Below, in pieces: positions 61,488 to 64,000 of a stretch of DNA of 64,000 nt. The notes below the pieces were generated by a model that had not been told where the DNA came from, made no database searches, and was given only the letters and a program-made list of their open reading frames with translations. The translations under genes and the position numbers were made by a program. The first letter of the stretch is position 1; the number at the start of each line of letters is the position of its first letter. Where the stretch lies: assembly GCF_001194135.2 (NCBI RefSeq), contig NC_068986.1, positions 754,006-818,005 on the forward strand, in the 5' to 3' direction. The DNA comes from Octopus bimaculoides (taxonomy: Eukaryota).

Positions 61488-63062
61488 TAGAAGTATATTT
61501 GCACAGTGGGACACTCTCGAAGGTATTGTCATTTCACAATACCTTCCTGTTGAAAACCTCATCTGTAAGCTTGCCACAGAATGAATTCCACTTAAAGATG
61601 GAAAACCACAAGACATGATGTACCGACGTCATCTAAAAGTGGAAACCATTTACACCATACATAAGAGGGCTACATAAAAAAAAAAAATGGATACTCAGAA
61701 TGAAACAGCATGTGTGTGTGTGATTTAGCTATTAATACATGAGGTACAAACTAGTTCACTTTTACATGCCTATAAGCTCTAAGACCAAATGTAAATAAAC
61801 AAGACCATTCATCAAAACTATAAATGGCAATACAATCCAAAAAGAAAGTATTTAAGATTAATCATAACCAAATATTTTTGCATTCTATCAATGTTTATAG
61901 CAAATTAATAATGAAGGCATTAGTTACTTGATAAGGCTTGTATATAAAACCATTAAACAAACAGCATTTCTTCAGAATCAAAACAGGAACTCTTTTTAGA
62001 AACTAAAAATTACTATTTCTCCTACAAAACTATTTCAATCCTGTTTGACATATATCGTACAAATCCATTGTTAAAAAATTATAACTATTACTTTCAGTTG
62101 TTGTTGGCTGCAGGCCATATTGGATAGTAATCAATTTTGGCTCAGCACACAAGCACAGAAAGTGATAAAGTAAATACTGTGAATAAAAAAAACAAAAAAA
62201 CAAGCTTGCATAACAAAGTGCAAGTTAAACCTGTCATAGTAAATAACATGCACAATTTATTAACATCCATGCATAAAAACTATATTACATTAAATATTTC
62301 ATCAATATTACATGAATATGGAAATATTTTGTAAAATTAATAGAAAATGCCTTCAAAATTAGGACAATATAAGTTGTAAACTCATCTCTTATGATAAATC
62401 TGTACGGTTATAAAACTTTTAGATAACTAATATGCTTCTCAGCAAAAGGTTTTCTAAATTTCTGTAATTTATACAAAATTATTGCAATGGAGAAGACAAC
62501 AAAAAAAGGAAAAAGAAACTTCATTTAAGTTTTATTTACATACGAAAAAAGCAAAATACATCTGGGAGAATATAAATACATCAGAAATAATTTAAATCCA
62601 TTGTGACCAATATTTCTCATTAAATTATCAGTGAAAGATTTAGATGGAATTAGCAAAGCAACCATTCTCTTTCAGCTGGCATTTAGACTATAAAAGGCTC
62701 CTCCAAAAGATTATTTTTGTGTACTCGTATATAATTTCTGTAGCTTAAAATGATGGGCTATCGATTAAAATCGGGTTTTTGAGACATTTGCTCTAGAAAA
62801 ACAACATACAGGTACATGGAAAGTAATTTACATTAAGAATAAGACACTGGCATTAAGAAACACACACAATGAAAAAAGAAAATTACATCATCAAATATCC
62901 TCTTTTCCATGCTTGCATGGGTGAGATATCCTACCTGTTGCCAACTCTCACCCATTTCCTAGCAAGGTAATAATTGCTCAAAAATAAAAAATTATGGAAA
63001 ACTGGAAATGATCAACCTTATTTGTATAAAGGTGACATTTGTTTACAGCCATCACATGTCAA

Positions 63063-63197
63063 CGATGGGCTTCTTTCAGTTTCCACCAACCTAATTCCCA
63101 AGGCTTAACGGACACTTGATTAAGGTGTCACACACTGAGACTAAACCAGAGACCATTTGGCTGATAAGCAAGTTTCTCAATCACACAGCCACATCTG
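63063..63197 (-). mobile_element. tRNA/CORE SINE, old copy with internal deletion
   Basis: CGATGGGCTTCTTTCAGTTTCCACC...GACACTTGATTAAGGTGTCACAC...AAGTTTCTCAATCACACAGCCAC. Confidence 0.75.
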
Positions 63198-63559
63198 CAT
63201 CTATAGTTTTACTAAAATATTTTGTACTTCTCCAAGTTCAGAATCTTAAGACGGCCACTAAACTAAAAGAAACCAACATTTTTTCTTACAAAATATCTAA
63301 TATGTGCAAAACTATCCAAACCATGGCAGCAAAACCAAAATATTGAAAAAGATGACACACACACACACACACACACACAAATATATATATATATCATTTT
63401 ACATCAGTTCTGCTGGTATGGGTTGGAACAGATTACACAGTGATTGAGACTGAGAGGGTGATAGAGGAGAGAGTAATCGAAAAGTGACAGAGCTGAAGGT
63501 GTTGACAGCTATACGTTTGCTAGTGAGAACTCAAACACTATGGATGGTAATAGAGAGGG

Positions 63560-63960
63560 ATGTCATTAGTGAAAGGCTGGGTATGGAAGTGGCAGCTGGC
63601 AGCACAGGGGTGTTGGTAGGGTGTGCCAGGTGGGAACACATCTGACGCTATCCTCCATATGCAAGATATCTTGATGAGAGAGAAAAAGTGGAATTAGGAT
63701 AACGGCAGAATCTGCACAGTTCCATTCCTCGTGGCACAGGTGACACAATGCAGTGACTAAAAGAGAATACAGGCGAGAGTCCGGGAAAGGAGGGGTTCAG
63801 TAATGTCACCCCTAGTTACAAGAGGCACAGCTGACCAGTGTATAACCATTCTCAGAGTGGTCGTAGGAGTGGCTGCACTCAGTTCCTGCGTAGATCTCCA
63901 TTCATGTTCTGCAAAATATGTCTCTCGAACGATGCAATGGTTAGCATAGGCTTTGTTTAG
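63560..63960. other. GC-richer unassigned segment, probably a retroelement remnant
   Basis: Composition shift only; no motif could be assigned with confidence. Confidence 0.25.
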
Positions 63961-64000
63961 TCAGATGAAGTAGCAGAAAATAAGTGACCTTTATGTCAAT

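Noticed and set aside
1-64000. CRISPR arrays, rRNA, intact tRNA genes and prokaryotic operons
   Set aside because: None seen; the tRNA-like A/B boxes are decayed SINE heads, and the DNA is a spliced animal locus.

Overview
Eukaryotic, AT-rich, repeat-dense animal DNA. The SINE/RTE/MITE repertoire and microsatellite load look like an octopus (coleoid cephalopod) genome; this is recognition, not a database match. Two convergent spliced genes are present. (1) A complete PAR-bZIP transcription factor of the HLF/TEF/DBP/Pdp1 family on +, with coding exons 15281-15407 (or -15599), 24434-24685, 26990-27064, 29436-29573, 30815-30897 and 32465-32734 (about 314 or 378 aa). (2) The 3' half of a PP2C phosphatase of the PPM1A/PPM1B type on -, with exons 57020-56903, 48620-48509 and 47023-46969 plus several candidate terminal exons; its catalytic exon(s) lie beyond the right edge. 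The rest is introns, UTRs and repeats: a decayed Tc1 (DD34E), RTE and CR1-like LINE remnants, tRNA/CORE SINEs, an RTE-tailed SINE family with near-identical young copies, piggyBac-like TTAA MITEs, microsatellites and three assembly gaps. Most interesting: the PAR-bZIP has a leucine zipper about two heptads longer than HLF with an internal 28-aa repeat, and a microsatellite-like poly-Asp/Glu exon inside its PAR region; its introns carry perfect D-boxes and inverted SINE pairs; the RTE-tailed SINE body is an array of hairpin plus H-type pseudoknot modules; and PPM1 has several alternative C-terminal exon candidates. All coordinates were read by hand, and repeat boundaries are approximate.
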